In this document: positions 63,959 to 64,000 of the stretch, piece after piece | Numbering within the stretch: position 1 is the stretch's first letter | Layout of the letters: each line of letters starts with the position of its first letter | IMG/VR virus record: IMGVR_UViG_3300045988_092438 | Direction: 5' to 3' (one strand) | From: a virus | Length of the DNA: 64,000 bases | Translations under genes and position numbers: made by a program | The notes under the pieces: model-generated | What the model was told of the DNA's origin: nothing | Databases searched by the model: none | The model's input: only the letters and a program-made list of their open reading frames with translations

Positions 63959-64000
63959 CTAACACCATTCCTTGCAACAATATTCTTCTGGGTCATTGAT
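63959..64000 (-). CDS. C-terminal fragment of an upstream gene (start lies beyond the window)
   Basis: Open frame ..INDPEEYCCKEWC ending at TAG 63961-63959, 3 nt before the primase ATG. Confidence 0.4.
   Translation of the reverse strand: MNDPEEYCCKEWC

Overview
This window is a contiguous piece of a tailed dsDNA phage genome with a contractile (myovirus-type) tail. Every credible gene lies on the minus strand, so transcription runs from high to low coordinates. All plus-strand ORFs in the track look like antisense shadows.

Gene order in transcription sense:
- 64.0-51.9 kb, replication and recombination: DnaG-type primase, SSB-like protein, HU, family-A DNA polymerase, dUTPase, RecA-like recombinase, an HNH-AP2 endonuclease, PD-(D/E)XK nucleases and an SF1 helicase.
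- 51.8-45.3 kb: LemA, ThyX, a signal-peptidase-like protein, NrdD and a SpoVS homolog.
- 45.0-39.1 kb: a tandem DUF2829 (Tad2-like) protein, then a 7-deazaguanine DNA-modification cluster (QueD, QueE, QueC, FolE and a 692-aa DpdA-like transglycosylase).
- 39-30.3 kb: NrdG and many small early-type genes, interrupted by repeat-rich non-coding regions. A third such region follows at 29.2-30.3 kb.
- 28.6-27.2 kb: a 1.45-kb RNA-gene region.
- A Ro60/TROVE-vWA gene bracketed by terminators.
- Accessory genes and an ATP-dependent DNA ligase.
- The late module: large terminase, portal, scaffold, major capsid, neck, sheath, tube, chaperone pair with a -1 frameshift site, tape measure and baseplate.

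The most unusual content is the RNA region next to Ro60. Besides canonical tRNA-Lys(UUU), tRNA-Gln(UUG) and tRNA-Pro(UGG), it holds four tandem modules. They share a long helix with covarying arms and a conserved internal loop. Two of the four carry circularly permuted class-II tRNA-Ser-like heads: T arm, closed acceptor hairpin, D arm, then an intact UGA or GCU anticodon arm. This resembles the Y RNA / YrlA logic but in an arrangement I do not recognise.

GGAGG ribosome-binding sites, NrdD/NrdG, SpoVS and SleB-like hydrolases suggest an anaerobic, probably spore-forming Firmicutes host; this is inference. All protein calls come from motif recognition by eye. No database search was run.
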